Positions 1-10,325 of a DNA stretch of 51,594 bases are shown in pieces. The stretch is from an uncultured Prevotella sp. (GTDB lineage Bacteria > Spirochaetota > Spirochaetia > Treponematales > Treponemataceae): assembly GCA_963627355.1 (NCBI GenBank), contig CAVGBY010000001.1, forward strand, positions 16,469-68,062, given 5' to 3'. The notes under the pieces were generated by a model. That model was given only the letters and a program-made list of their open reading frames with translations, was not told the DNA's origin and searched no databases. Numbering within the stretch: position 1 is the stretch's first letter; each line of letters opens with the position of its first letter. Made by a program: the position numbers and the translations under genes.

Positions 1-10
1 AGGTAACAAT

Positions 11-2116
11 ATGGCTTTTGATATTTCAAAGATGAGAAATATCGGTATCAGTGCTCACATTGACTCAGGAAAGACAACAACTTCTGAGCGAATTTTGTTC
101 TATTGTAATAAGATTCACGCTATTCACGAAGTTCGCGGTAAAGACGGTGTTGGTGCTGTTATGGACAACATGGAATTGGAACGTGAGCGTGGTATCACAA
201 TCCAGTCTGCAGCAACTCAGGTTCAGTGGAAAGATTATACAATCAACCTTATCGACACTCCAGGTCACGTAGACTTTACTGTAGAAGTTGAGCGTTCACT
301 CCGCGTTCTTGACGGCGCTATCATGATTCTTTGTGCCGTTGCGGGTGTTCAGTCTCAGTCAATTACTGTAGACCGCCAGTTAAAGCGTTATCATGTACCT
401 CGTGTAGCATTTGTAAACAAGTGTGACCGCCAGGGTGCGAATCCTTTGCGCGTTCGTCTTCAGCTCCGCGAAAAGCTTGGCTTGAACGCATATATGATGG
501 AGCTTCCAATCGGTCTGGAAGACAAACTTGAAGGTGTTGTTGACCTTATCAGCCAGAAGGCTATTTATTTTGACGGACCAAACGGTGAGGATCTTCGTTA
601 CGCTGATGTTCCGGCAAATATGGTTGAAGATGTAAAGAAATACCGCAAGGAGCTTATTGAAGCCGCAATCAACTTTGATGATGCTCTTATGGAAGATGCG
701 ATGATGGACGAGGAGAACGATTACGCTAACCTTGACCAGGACAAGATTATTGCCGCAATCCGCAAGGGAACAATTTCTGAGCAGTTTGTTGGTGTATTCT
801 GCGGTTCTGCCCATGTAAACAAGGGTATCCAGCCGCTTTTGGACGCTGTAGTCCGCTATCTTCCGGCTCCAAATGAAGTAAAGAACGTTGCTCTTGACCT
901 TGACAACAACGAGGCTGAGGTTGAGCTTGAGTCAGTTGACAACAAGCCTTGTGTAGCTTTGGCATTCAAACTTGACGACGGTCAGTACGGTCAGTTGACT
1001 TATACACGTGTATATCAGGGAAAAATCAAGAAGGGCGAGGAACTTTACAACACTCGCACAAAGAAAAGATTTAAGGTTGGCCGTCTTGTACGCATGAACT
1101 CTGCTCAGATGGAAGATATTACAGAAGGCTGCTCTGGCGACATTGTCGCTTTGTTCGGCGTAGACTGCGCTTCTGGTGATACATTTACAAACGGCGGAGT
1201 AAATTACTCAATGGCTTCAATGTTCGTTCCGGAGCCTGTAATTTCTTTGTCAATCACACCAAAAGACAAACAGGCTGCTATGCAGATGTCTAAGGCTTTG
1301 AACAGATTTACAAAAGAAGACCCTACATTCCAGACATACACAGACCCTGAGTCAAATGAAACAATCATCAAGGGGATGGGTGAGCTTCACCTTGCTGTAT
1401 ACGTTGAGCGAATGAAACGTGAATACAACTGTGAGGTTGTTACAGGCCAGCCACAGGTTGCTTACCGTGAATCAATCACTGCACGTGGTGACTTTAACTA
1501 CACACACAAGAAGCAGACTGGTGGTTCTGGTCAGTACGGTCGTGTTGCCGGATTTATGGAGCCAGATTCAGAAAAAGATTATGAATTTATCGACTCTATC
1601 AAGGGTGGCGCTATTCCTAACGAATATATTCCATCTTGCGACAAGGGTTTCCAGAAGGCAATGAAAGAAGGTTCATTGATCGGCGCTCAGATTGTTGGTG
1701 TTAAGATTACAATCAACGATGGTCAGTATCACCCGGTAGACTCTAGCGATAACGCTTTCCAGATTGCGGCTATCGGCGCTTTCCGCGAAGGCTACATGAA
1801 GGCGAAACCGGTTATTCTTGAGCCAATCATGAAAGTTCAGATTGCCGCTCCAAACGAATTCCAGGGCAACGTATTTGGTCTTATCAACCAGCGCCGTGGT
1901 ATCATTGGTGAAACAACTGATGAAAACAACACATCTGTAGTAAACGCAGAAGTTCCACTTTCAGAAATGTTCGGATTCTCAACAATTCTCCGCTCTTCAA
2001 CACAGGGAAAAGGCGAATTCACAATGGAATTCGAAAAATACGGCAAAGTTCCAAACGCAGTAGCAGAAGAACTTATCAAGAAACACCAGGAAGAAAAGGC
2101 AAAAGGTAACAAATAG
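11..2116 (+). CDS. fusA: Elongation factor G (spirochete/mitochondrial EF-G1 type)
   Basis: 701 aa; [16 protein letters not shown]-loop, [43 protein letters not shown]; not followed by tuf. Confidence 0.98.
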   Translation: MAFDISKMRNIGISAHIDSGKTTTSERILFYCNKIHAIHEVRGKDGVGAVMDNMELERERGITIQSAATQVQWKDYTINLIDTPGHVDFTVEVERSLRVLDGAIMILCAVAGVQSQSITVDRQLKRYHVPRVAFVNKCDRQGANPLRVRLQLREKLGLNAYMMELPIGLEDKLEGVVDLISQKAIYFDGPNGEDLRYADVPANMVEDVKKYRKELIEAAINFDDALMEDAMMDEENDYANLDQDKIIAAIRKGTISEQFVGVFCGSAHVNKGIQPLLDAVVRYLPAPNEVKNVALDLDNNEAEVELESVDNKPCVALAFKLDDGQYGQLTYTRVYQGKIKKGEELYNTRTKKRFKVGRLVRMNSAQMEDITEGCSGDIVALFGVDCASGDTFTNGGVNYSMASMFVPEPVISLSITPKDKQAAMQMSKALNRFTKEDPTFQTYTDPESNETIIKGMGELHLAVYVERMKREYNCEVVTGQPQVAYRESITARGDFNYTHKKQTGGSGQYGRVAGFMEPDSEKDYEFIDSIKGGAIPNEYIPSCDKGFQKAMKEGSLIGAQIVGVKITINDGQYHPVDSSDNAFQIAAIGAFREGYMKAKPVILEPIMKVQIAAPNEFQGNVFGLINQRRGIIGETTDENNTSVVNAEVPLSEMFGFSTILRSSTQGKGEFTMEFEKYGKVPNAVAEELIKKHQEEKAKGNK

Positions 2117-2128
2117 CAAATCCGTTAA

Positions 2129-2158
2129 AAATCAATGCAACCACAGTTGCATTGATTT
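2129..2158 (+). terminator. Perfect 13-bp hairpin just after the fusA stop
   Basis: AAATCAATGCAAC-caca-GTTGCATTGATTT; only a weak U-tract follows. Confidence 0.55.
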
Positions 2159-2272
2159 AGGATTTACTTATTTGAAGACTAGTTTTCAGAAGGATTTGAA
2201 TCTGCAAGATTTTAGGTTCATCCTTGTTGAAGCCAACCTGCTTTTTCAAGGCAAATTTGATAGACTTTTATT

Positions 2273-2312
2273 AAAAGTGGACTTATAGTTGTTAAGTCCA
2301 CTTTTTGTTTTT
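2273..2312 (+). terminator. Intrinsic terminator-like hairpin immediately upstream of the RBS of the next gene
   Basis: AAAAGTGGACTTA-7nt-TAAGTCCACTTTT followed by TGTTTTT. Confidence 0.7.
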
Positions 2313-2325
2313 CATGGAGGATTTT

Positions 2326-3003
2326 ATGGTAAAACAGGATTTGATAAACTCAAGCCCGGTTCGTTTTTTTGAAGCAGTTTCTTCTGGTGGTCTAAAATCA
2401 GGTCAGATGGGCATAATCACTGCGAAAAAAGGTCTTGGAAAAACTTCTGTTCTTGTTCAGTTTGGAATTGACGCTTTGCTGCACGATAAGCATTTGGTTC
2501 ATGTTTCTTTTGACCAGAAATCTTCCAATGTAATTGCCTGGTACGAAAGTGTTCTTGCTGAAATGGGCAAAAAAAAGAATATTGAGGATATGAATGAGCT
2601 TGGCGAGTCGATTATTCGCGACCGTACAATTTTGAATTTTAATCAGGAAACTTTTACACTTCCTAAGGTTGTGAACACCTTAAAGGCGCTAAAGGAAGGC
2701 GGAATAAAGGTTGAGGCTCTGGTGATTGACGGCGAGGATATGGAAGCGGTTTCAGTTCAGGATGTGGAATCTGTCGCGGAATTTGCAAAGGCAGAGGGAA
2801 TTGTGGTCTGGTTCAGCGGAACAAACGAGAATGCGGAGCTTTCAAAAACTCTAAGACCGGAGCTTCTTCCGTTGTTCGGGATTGTTGCTCATCTTGCTTC
2901 TGATGGAAAAAGCGTCAGACTTTCAGTTTTAAAGTCAGAGGGAAAAGAATCTTCATCAGCGGATGTAAAACTTGATGCGAAAACAATGCTGATGACAAAC
3001 TGA
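2326..3003 (+). CDS. RecA/KaiC-like P-loop ATPase domain protein
   Basis: Walker A-like AKKGLGKT, Walker B-like ALVIDG, GGLKSGQMGII segment typical of the RecA superfamily; GGAGG RBS before ATG 2326. Confidence 0.7.
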   Translation: MVKQDLINSSPVRFFEAVSSGGLKSGQMGIITAKKGLGKTSVLVQFGIDALLHDKHLVHVSFDQKSSNVIAWYESVLAEMGKKKNIEDMNELGESIIRDRTILNFNQETFTLPKVVNTLKALKEGGIKVEALVIDGEDMEAVSVQDVESVAEFAKAEGIVVWFSGTNENAELSKTLRPELLPLFGIVAHLASDGKSVRLSVLKSEGKESSSADVKLDAKTMLMTN

Positions 3004-3026
3004 AAATTGACCGCACTGTCTGTGCG

Positions 3027-3860
3027 CTACTGGTTTTCTTTCCATGGGAAGATGAAAGCTTTAAAGCCACGCGTTGGATTTGCTTCAATGTCGTCTTTTA
3101 AAAGTTCTTTCCACGGAATTCTACGGCGGGCTTTGCTGTGCATAGGCTCGCCTTTTTTGTCTAATTCTTCTATATAATCGTATTTTTTCATTATAAGGCG
3201 GAATGCGTTTGCGCGTGCAAGTTCAAGTCCGCACATTCCCGGGGCAATTCCCAGCATAATTACGGAGATTGCGGAAAGGAACAGGTTGTAGAATCCAAGC
3301 ACAATTGAAACAAAAAGGTTGTCAAAGAAAACGATAAAGCATTTTTTTACTGTTTTAAGGAACGGGTTATGCATATACGCTCGTAGAGCCGGATACCAGA
3401 GAAGGGAAGCCACTATGATCAGCGCCGCCCAGATATAGCAGACTCCGGATAAAAGTCCGGCAAAGGAAATTTGTCCGCCCTGAGGTCTTAGAAAATAAAT
3501 TCCTCCGATTGTGGCGATTGTGATTACCGCGACAAGTGTCAGGCCATATTTTATTCCGTCTTTTACACAACTTTTTATCGACTTAAAGAAATCCTTGAAT
3601 TCAATTGTCTCGTAGTCTGCGATTCCTTTTGATGACTCTGCCCAGGCAAGCGTAAAAATTGAAGAGCCGCACACAAGAACAAGGGCAAGAAAGATCCAGA
3701 TGTAGAGAAAGAAATTCGCATCCTTAAAAACTGTTACTCCAAGGCTGGAAATTCCAGTGCACAAGATAATCAGAGCATCAATCAAAAGGTTTGGCACAAA
3801 GAAAAACATAACGTTGTCCCAACCGTCATAAAAATTCTTTTTGAAAAATAAATTCAGCAT
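3027..3860 (-). CDS. Multi-pass membrane protein, unknown function (YesL/DUF624-like possible)
   Basis: 277 aa with about 5-6 hydrophobic segments. Confidence 0.7.
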   Translation of the reverse strand: MLNLFFKKNFYDGWDNVMFFFVPNLLIDALIILCTGISSLGVTVFKDANFFLYIWIFLALVLVCGSSIFTLAWAESSKGIADYETIEFKDFFKSIKSCVKDGIKYGLTLVAVITIATIGGIYFLRPQGGQISFAGLLSGVCYIWAALIIVASLLWYPALRAYMHNPFLKTVKKCFIVFFDNLFVSIVLGFYNLFLSAISVIMLGIAPGMCGLELARANAFRLIMKKYDYIEELDKKGEPMHSKARRRIPWKELLKDDIEANPTRGFKAFIFPWKENQ

Positions 3861-3905
3861 ACAAAAAATATAGCAAGAAAATATGATTTTTGGTAGATAT
3901 TTATT

Positions 3906-3933
3906 TTGTATATCTTTTTTTTTGGTTTATAAT
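3906..3933 (+). promoter_or_regulatory. Putative sigma70 promoter of the MCP gene
   Basis: TTGTAT-16 nt (contains T9)-TATAAT. Confidence 0.5.
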
Positions 3934-3975
3934 AGGCGCTAGAGAAGAGGGATTCTTTTTAAGGGTTTTAATTTC

Positions 3976-6066
3976 ATGAAACTAAGACGACGTTTTTCTA
4001 TTATTGCTTTTATTTGCGCCATTGAAATGTTCATTCTTGCCACCCTTACGATGATTGGGGCAAGTTTTGTCCAGCGGCTTCAGAATTTTCAATTTTTGGA
4101 GCAGGAATGTCAGTTTGGTGTTGCTGATATGATTAATTATTTAAATCAGACTGTTTCCTGGGCGGTTGACACAAATCAGGTTTCTTCAGTATGGAAAACA
4201 AAACTTGTAAGCACAAACAAGAAATTTCATGAATTTACAGGCTACAGCGGACTGAAATATTTTTCCGGGGAGTTTAGGGGTGAGGTTGATAATGCGAACA
4301 GCATCTGGACAAAAGTTGTAAATCAGGTGAATCCGTTTAATGTTCATTTTCAGAATATACAGAATGCGGCGGTAAGCGAGGAAGAAAGGGATTTTATCGC
4401 CAGAAACGGAATAAAGGCCGCGGTCGAGAATTTTGAGGATTCAGAGGCGGTTCAGTCAATCAGCAATAGTACGCTTTTGATTGAAAACCAGATGAAGGCG
4501 CTTATCCAGAACAGCAATGACCTTCGTGATATTATGGCAAAAATCAATGTTATGCTTGGTAAAAGCGTTGTTCACTATACAAATCTTTATAGAATCGGGG
4601 TTTTTCTGCTTGGCGGAATTTTTTCGGTGATTGTTCTGGTGAGCATTTTTTACGGAACAACGATTGTCATAAAGAATATCGGACGCGTTCGTGATATGTC
4701 CCTGCTTTTGTCTGAAAAAGATTTTACCACAAAAATTGTTCCTCAGGGCAGCGACGAAATGCAGGATCTGATGAACAATATGAACAACATGGTAAAGGAG
4801 ATAAATGATTTCTTTATCGTTGTAAAGAAAACTGCGGCAAAGGCAATTTCTTCCGGATATTCAATAAATGACTCTTCCTCGAGCACAGCGGTCGCTACAA
4901 ATGAAATTAACTTGAACATTGAAAATATTACAGATGAATTTGAAAAAATCACAAAATCGCTTGAACGTTCGGTTGAGGCTGTGAACCAGATTAATGTTCA
5001 GGTAAAGACGCTTGTTCAGGACAACAACGGTCAGGTTCAGGCGATAAATGAAAGCACAAACGCTGTTTCAAATATGATTCACGGAATTGAGCAGATTAAG
5101 GAGAATGCTGTTTCCCGTTCAAAGATTGCTATGGAAATGGGGGGCTTTGTTGCTGATGGAGATGCGAAAATAGCCGCGACAAACAAAATTCTTGGTGAAG
5201 TCATGAATCAGCTTGACCAGATAAAAGAGATTGTGACAATCATTAATTCGGTGAGCGCGCAGACAAATCTTCTTTCTATGAATGCGGCCATTGAGTCTGC
5301 CCATGCAGGCGAATACGGAAAAGGATTTGCGGTTGTTGCGGAGGAAATTCGTTCTCTTGCGGTTTCTACAGCGAACAATGCAAAAAAAATTACTGAATCA
5401 ATAAAGGGAACGATTGAGGCGGTTACAGAGGCGAACCGTTCCAGTATGCTTGCATCGGAGGCGTTTGCAAAAGTTTCAAGCCATTCTCACGAGATGATTT
5501 CCGCTTTTGGCGCGATTACAAAAGAGATTGAGAATATCAACAGCCAGACAAAATATATCACCGAAAAAACAGAAGTGACTGCGTCTACGGCGGATAAAAT
5601 CAATCAGTATTGCGAAAATCTTGCGCAGAATCAGGAAACTGTCGCCTCGGAAATTTCTTCTGTAAATGGGCTTTTTAACAAGGCGTTTGATGAAATCAAG
5701 GAAATCAATGCCGGAACAGAGGAAATTGTAAAACGTATGGCGGCGGTCGGTTCGCTGAGCAAAGAAAGCTACAAAAATATGACGGAACTTGAAAATGTCC
5801 TTGAAGAATTTAAAACCACAAGCGACGGGGCGGAGGAAGTTCAGCAGGAAATAGAAAATTCAATGATAGAAAATATTATTTCCCCGGAATTACAGGCGCA
5901 GCTTGAGGCGGATTTTGGAAACACGGACACCGCCAGTTCTGATGTTGAATTTGATCCATCTGCTGTTACGGACGAAACTTCTGAAGTCGCTGAAAAATCA
6001 GCGGAAAAAACAGAAGATTCAGATTTTGACGAAATGTTCGGGAATATACTGGACGAAAATCTGTAG
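3976..6066 (+). CDS. Methyl-accepting chemotaxis protein
   Basis: Two TM helices around a periplasmic domain, HAMP-like segment, signalling motif QTNLLSMNAAIESAHAGEYGKGFAVVAEEIRSLA. Confidence 0.95.
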   Translation: MKLRRRFSIIAFICAIEMFILATLTMIGASFVQRLQNFQFLEQECQFGVADMINYLNQTVSWAVDTNQVSSVWKTKLVSTNKKFHEFTGYSGLKYFSGEFRGEVDNANSIWTKVVNQVNPFNVHFQNIQNAAVSEEERDFIARNGIKAAVENFEDSEAVQSISNSTLLIENQMKALIQNSNDLRDIMAKINVMLGKSVVHYTNLYRIGVFLLGGIFSVIVLVSIFYGTTIVIKNIGRVRDMSLLLSEKDFTTKIVPQGSDEMQDLMNNMNNMVKEINDFFIVVKKTAAKAISSGYSINDSSSSTAVATNEINLNIENITDEFEKITKSLERSVEAVNQINVQVKTLVQDNNGQVQAINESTNAVSNMIHGIEQIKENAVSRSKIAMEMGGFVADGDAKIAATNKILGEVMNQLDQIKEIVTIINSVSAQTNLLSMNAAIESAHAGEYGKGFAVVAEEIRSLAVSTANNAKKITESIKGTIEAVTEANRSSMLASEAFAKVSSHSHEMISAFGAITKEIENINSQTKYITEKTEVTASTADKINQYCENLAQNQETVASEISSVNGLFNKAFDEIKEINAGTEEIVKRMAAVGSLSKESYKNMTELENVLEEFKTTSDGAEEVQQEIENSMIENIISPELQAQLEADFGNTDTASSDVEFDPSAVTDETSEVAEKSAEKTEDSDFDEMFGNILDENL

Positions 6067-6100
6067 GAATTTTCAGTTTTTTACACAATCTTTTGTGTCG

Positions 6101-6129
6101 TTGAAAAAATACAACGCTTTCAATATAAT
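6101..6129 (+). promoter_or_regulatory. Sigma70 promoter of lysS
   Basis: TTGAAA-17-TATAAT, 11 nt before the ATG, no SD. Confidence 0.65.
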
Positions 6130-6140
6130 GTTTACTTATT

Positions 6141-7757
6141 ATGAGTAACAATAACGAAAAGAATTCACAGTTCAGCCATTGGGCAGACCAGATGGCTGAC
6201 AAAATCATCAAGGAAAAAGGCGACCTTGATTCATATACTTGTGCGTCTGGAATCACTCCTTCTGGAACTGTTCACATTGGAAACTTTCGCGAGATTATAA
6301 CTGTTGATCTTGTTGTCCGTGCTTTGCGTGACCGTGGCAAGAACGTCCGCTTTATTTATTCGTGGGATGATTATGACGTTTTCCGCAAAGTTCCTGCGAA
6401 TATGCCGGATCCGGAAATTCTTACAAAATATCTTAGATACCCGATTACAATGGTTCCTGACACAACCGGCAGAAACGAAAACTATGCGCGCCACCACGAG
6501 GTTGACATTGAAAAGGAACTGCCGCGCGTTGGAATCAATCCAGAATTTTTATACCAGGCGTCGCGCTACAGGGCAAACCGTTATGCGGAAGGAATGAAAA
6601 AAGCGTTGCAGAACCGCGAGCTTATCAAGGAATGTCTTAACGAATACCGTGATGAGCAGCATAAGATGAAACCAGAGGATGTCTACTGGCCTGTCTCTAT
6701 TTTCTGCGGAAAATGCAACAAAGATACAACTGAAATCACCGGTTACGACGGCGAATACGGTGTTTCTTACAAATGCGAATGTGGAAACTGCGAAACCGCC
6801 GATTTGCGTACATTTAAAGGCGCTAAGCTTGGCTGGCGTGTTGACTGGCCTATGCGCTGGAACGAGGAAAAAGTTGTTTTCGAGCCGGGCGGAAAAGACC
6901 ATATTTCTCCGGGTGGGTCTTACGACACTGCAAAACTTGTTTCAAAGAAGATTTATGGCTGGGATGCGCCGATTACAATGCGTTATGACTTTGTTAATCT
7001 TAAAGGCGTTCCGGGAAAGATGTCGTCTTCAAAAGGAAAGGTTATTTCTTTGGTTGACGCGCTTGAAGTTTATCAGCCGGAAGTTCTGCGCTATATTTTT
7101 GCCGGAACAAGACCGAACACAGAATTTGCAATTTCATTTGACCTTGATGTGAATAAAGTTTACGAAGATTACGACAAGACTGAACGGATTGTCTGGGGCG
7201 TTGACAAGGCTAAGTCAGAGGATATTCTTGCAAAAGAAAAGAGAATTTATGTTCTTTCCCAGATTGACAACAAAATGCCTTCTGTAATGCCGTATCAGAT
7301 TGGCTTTAGAATGATGACAACATTGCTCCAGACTTATTCCGGTGATATTGATGCTGTTATTAAATCATTGGGCGATGTAAAACCTGAGCAGGAAGAGGCA
7401 TTGCGTCGCCGCGCCAAGTGCGCATGGTACTGGATTCGTGAATGCGCGCCGACCTGCGCAGAAGATTTCTGCTTTGCGCTTAGGGAAGATGGTTCAAAGG
7501 CTGAGCTTTCCGGCGATATGCTTACAGCTGTAAAACGTGTCCGAGACGAAGTTGTTCCACGCGTAGGAACTTTTGCCATGGACAAAGAATGTCAGCAGGC
7601 GATGTACGATATTGCTACGGAACTTGGACTTGATGCGAAAGCGTTGTTCACCGCGTTGTACCAGGCTTTGATTGGAAAAGAGCAGGGACCGCGTCTGGCT
7701 TCATTTATGAAGATTATCGGAAAAGATAAGCTCCAGAAGATACTTTCCGTGTACTAA
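6141..7757 (+). CDS. lysS: Lysyl-tRNA synthetase, class I
   Basis: GITPSGTVHIGN (HIGH-like), KMSSSKG (KMSKS-like), WRVDWPMRW, EPGGKDH, GPRLASF. Confidence 0.97.
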   Translation: MSNNNEKNSQFSHWADQMADKIIKEKGDLDSYTCASGITPSGTVHIGNFREIITVDLVVRALRDRGKNVRFIYSWDDYDVFRKVPANMPDPEILTKYLRYPITMVPDTTGRNENYARHHEVDIEKELPRVGINPEFLYQASRYRANRYAEGMKKALQNRELIKECLNEYRDEQHKMKPEDVYWPVSIFCGKCNKDTTEITGYDGEYGVSYKCECGNCETADLRTFKGAKLGWRVDWPMRWNEEKVVFEPGGKDHISPGGSYDTAKLVSKKIYGWDAPITMRYDFVNLKGVPGKMSSSKGKVISLVDALEVYQPEVLRYIFAGTRPNTEFAISFDLDVNKVYEDYDKTERIVWGVDKAKSEDILAKEKRIYVLSQIDNKMPSVMPYQIGFRMMTTLLQTYSGDIDAVIKSLGDVKPEQEEALRRRAKCAWYWIRECAPTCAEDFCFALREDGSKAELSGDMLTAVKRVRDEVVPRVGTFAMDKECQQAMYDIATELGLDAKALFTALYQALIGKEQGPRLASFMKIIGKDKLQKILSVY

Positions 7758-7762
7758 AAAAA

Positions 7763-7809
7763 TAATTCCGGGTTTTTCTCTGCTGGTTCAGAGTAAAAAT
7801 CCGGAATTA
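7763..7809. terminator. Bidirectional terminator between convergent lysS and cadA
   Basis: TAATTCCGG...CTCTG-loop-CAGAG...CCGGAATTA long imperfect hairpin. Confidence 0.65.
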
Positions 7810-7820
7810 AATCTTTTGTT

Positions 7821-9878
7821 TTACTTTCGTTTTCTTAGACTTGTGTATCCGAGCGAGCGCATTGAATTAAGCACAGCGAGGAAGCATACTCCCACATCAC
7901 CGAATACAGCGAGCCACATTGATCCGACCCCAATTCCGTTCAAAAGCATAATCAGCGCCTTGATTCCGATTGAAAATACTATGTTCTCCTGGACGATTCT
8001 GATTGTTTTTTTTGAAATCCTTATTGAGTCCGCAACCTTTGAAGGTTCATCTGTCATTATTACAACATCCGCAGATTCTATTGCCGCGTCTGAACCAAGC
8101 GCGCCCATTGCGATTCCGACATCGGCTCTGGCAAGAACCGGCGCGTCATTTATACCGTCACCTGCAAATGCGACTTTTCTTTTGCTGCCCTTTAGTTCCT
8201 CAAGAAGAATTTCAACTTTTAAAACTTTGTCCTGGGGAAGCAGTTCCGCGAAAACATCGGTGATTCCAAGTTCTTCCGCCGCTTTTTCTGCGACTTTCTT
8301 GTTGTCTCCGGTCAGCATTGCAATTTTTGAAACTCCCACTTTCTTCAGGTTTTTTATAGCGTCTTTCGCGTCATCCTTGATTTGGTCAGAAATTACAATG
8401 TATCCAAGATATTTTCCATCTTCCGCAAGATGAATTACCGTTCCGGCTTTTTCTTTTGAGTCAGTTTCATTAAAGTCCGGAATTCTGTTTTCTTGCATAA
8501 GTTTTGCGTTTCCGGCAAGAACTTCTTTTCCGTTCAGGTTTACTTTTATTCCTTGACCTGCAATTTCCTGGGCCTGCGTAAGTTTCTGGTTTTTGCAACA
8601 TTCCCCGGAATGAGCCGCATTTAAGGATTTTGCGACCGGATGGTTCGACTGGGATTCAGCGTGCGCCGCAAGCGCAATCAGCGCATCTTTAGAAATAGAC
8701 TGGTCAGCAGGGCAAATTTCACTTACCGCAAAAATGCCTTTTGTCAGTGTTCCAGTTTTGTCAAAAACCGCGGTTTTTGTTTTTGAAAGCGCTTCGATGG
8801 CAGAGGAACCTTTCATCAGTATTCCGTTGCGGCTTGCGGCTCCGATTCCTCCAAAAAAAGTAAGCGGAACAGAAATCACGATTGCGCACGGGCAGGAAAC
8901 AACAAGGAACGAGATTGCCCTGTAAATCCATGTTGGCCATTGCCATTCACCTTTAGAAAATCCAATCGCCAATGCCGGAATTATTGCGACCGCAACTGCA
9001 AGAGCGCAGACCGCCGGCGTGTAGATTTTGCTGAATCTTGTGATAAAGCGTTCGGTTTTTGTCTTTTTTTCGCTTGAAAATTCAACCATCTTTATGATTC
9101 TAGAAGCGGCTGAATCTGTTGAAAGCCGGGTTGTCTTAATTTCGATTACCGAATTCTTGTTGATTGCTCCGGAAAAAACTTCTGAACCCTCTGAAATTTC
9201 TGCAGGAACTGATTCCCCGGTGATTGCAGAGTTGTCAACAAAAGAAGTTCCCTTTGTGATTATTCCGTCAACAGGAATTCGTTCCCCCGGTTTTACGACA
9301 ATTGTCTCGCCGATTTGAACTTCGTCTGCTTTTACGTTGATTTCTTTTCCTCCGCGTAGCACATTTGCCGTGTCCGGACGTATTTCCATCAGCGCGTCAA
9401 TTGATTTTTCAGACTTGTCAACCGCGTAATCTTCAAAACGTTCGCCAATCTGGTAAAAAAGCATGATGGCAACCGCTTCCGGAAGCTGCCCCACGCACAC
9501 AGCGCCTAAAGATGCGACCGACATAAGAAACTGCTCGCCAAAAAAATCCCCGCGGAACAGATTTTTTATCGCGCTTTTTACAACACTATAGCCAACAAGA
9601 AGATATGCGATAAGGCAGACACCGACAAAAATGTACTGCTGGTATAAATCAATTCCCGGAATACTTTTAATAAAATCCGAAAGTTTTATCCGTTCAAGAA
9701 TTTCCCCGGCAATAAGAAGAATTCCGGCCGCAATTATTCTTGATAAAGAAATTTCCTGTTCCTCGTGTTCATGCTCATGGTTGTGGATTTCTTTTTCATC
9801 ATGCGCTTCATGCCCTGGGCAGCAGGCGCATCCGCAGGAGATTTTTTCTTCCCCATGTTCAATGTGTTCGTGTTCCAT
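7821..9878 (-). CDS. cadA: Heavy-metal (Zn/Cd/Pb) translocating P1B-type ATPase
   Basis: His/Cys-rich N-terminus, TGES, SCPC, DKTGTLT, HP, MLTGD, GDGINDAP. Confidence 0.95.
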   Translation of the reverse strand: MEHEHIEHGEEKISCGCACCPGHEAHDEKEIHNHEHEHEEQEISLSRIIAAGILLIAGEILERIKLSDFIKSIPGIDLYQQYIFVGVCLIAYLLVGYSVVKSAIKNLFRGDFFGEQFLMSVASLGAVCVGQLPEAVAIMLFYQIGERFEDYAVDKSEKSIDALMEIRPDTANVLRGGKEINVKADEVQIGETIVVKPGERIPVDGIITKGTSFVDNSAITGESVPAEISEGSEVFSGAINKNSVIEIKTTRLSTDSAASRIIKMVEFSSEKKTKTERFITRFSKIYTPAVCALAVAVAIIPALAIGFSKGEWQWPTWIYRAISFLVVSCPCAIVISVPLTFFGGIGAASRNGILMKGSSAIEALSKTKTAVFDKTGTLTKGIFAVSEICPADQSISKDALIALAAHAESQSNHPVAKSLNAAHSGECCKNQKLTQAQEIAGQGIKVNLNGKEVLAGNAKLMQENRIPDFNETDSKEKAGTVIHLAEDGKYLGYIVISDQIKDDAKDAIKNLKKVGVSKIAMLTGDNKKVAEKAAEELGITDVFAELLPQDKVLKVEILLEELKGSKRKVAFAGDGINDAPVLARADVGIAMGALGSDAAIESADVVIMTDEPSKVADSIRISKKTIRIVQENIVFSIGIKALIMLLNGIGVGSMWLAVFGDVGVCFLAVLNSMRSLGYTSLRKRK

Positions 9879-9889
9879 AGAAACTCCTT

Positions 9890-10201
9890 TTATTCCCCAA
9901 TGTGGTCTAAGCCCTGCGCAAGAATTGAATGTACGTGCGCGTCGGCAAGCGAATAGATTAACGATTTTCCATCGCGTGAAAATTTTACAAGTCCATTTGT
10001 CTTTAAAATGCGAAGCTGGTGGCTTACGGCAGACTGGGTCATTCCGAGCGCGTCCGCAATCGCGTTTACAGGCATTTCGTTTTCAAGAAGAACAAAAAGA
10101 ATTTTGATTCGTGTTGAATCGCCAAAAATCTTAAAAAGTTCCGCAAGATCGAACAAAGTGTCCTCATCCGGCATTTTTTCTAAAACTTCCTGTTTATCCA
10201 T
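9890..10201 (-). CDS. ArsR/SmtB family metal-sensing repressor
   Basis: LAELFKIFGDSTRIKIL...QSAVSHQLRILK...YSLADAHV; directly upstream of cadA. Confidence 0.93.
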   Translation of the reverse strand: MDKQEVLEKMPDEDTLFDLAELFKIFGDSTRIKILFVLLENEMPVNAIADALGMTQSAVSHQLRILKTNGLVKFSRDGKSLIYSLADAHVHSILAQGLDHIGE

Positions 10202-10230
10202 AAAGTTTTCCTTGTTTTGTATTTGTTATT

Positions 10231-10278
10231 CACTTGAACAACTGTTCATATAATAATATTAAGATATTTTATTGTCAA
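10231..10278 (-). promoter_or_regulatory. Sigma70 promoter with overlapping SmtB/CadC-type operator
   Basis: Minus strand TTGACA(10278-10273)-17-TATTAT(10255-10250), then the palindrome TGAACA-GT-TGTTCA (10248-10235) matching the SmtB 6-2-6 core. Confidence 0.85.
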
Positions 10279-10325
10279 TCAAAACGTGGTGAATTATTTA
10301 CAAGTCAGGAGCAAATTCTTTTTAT

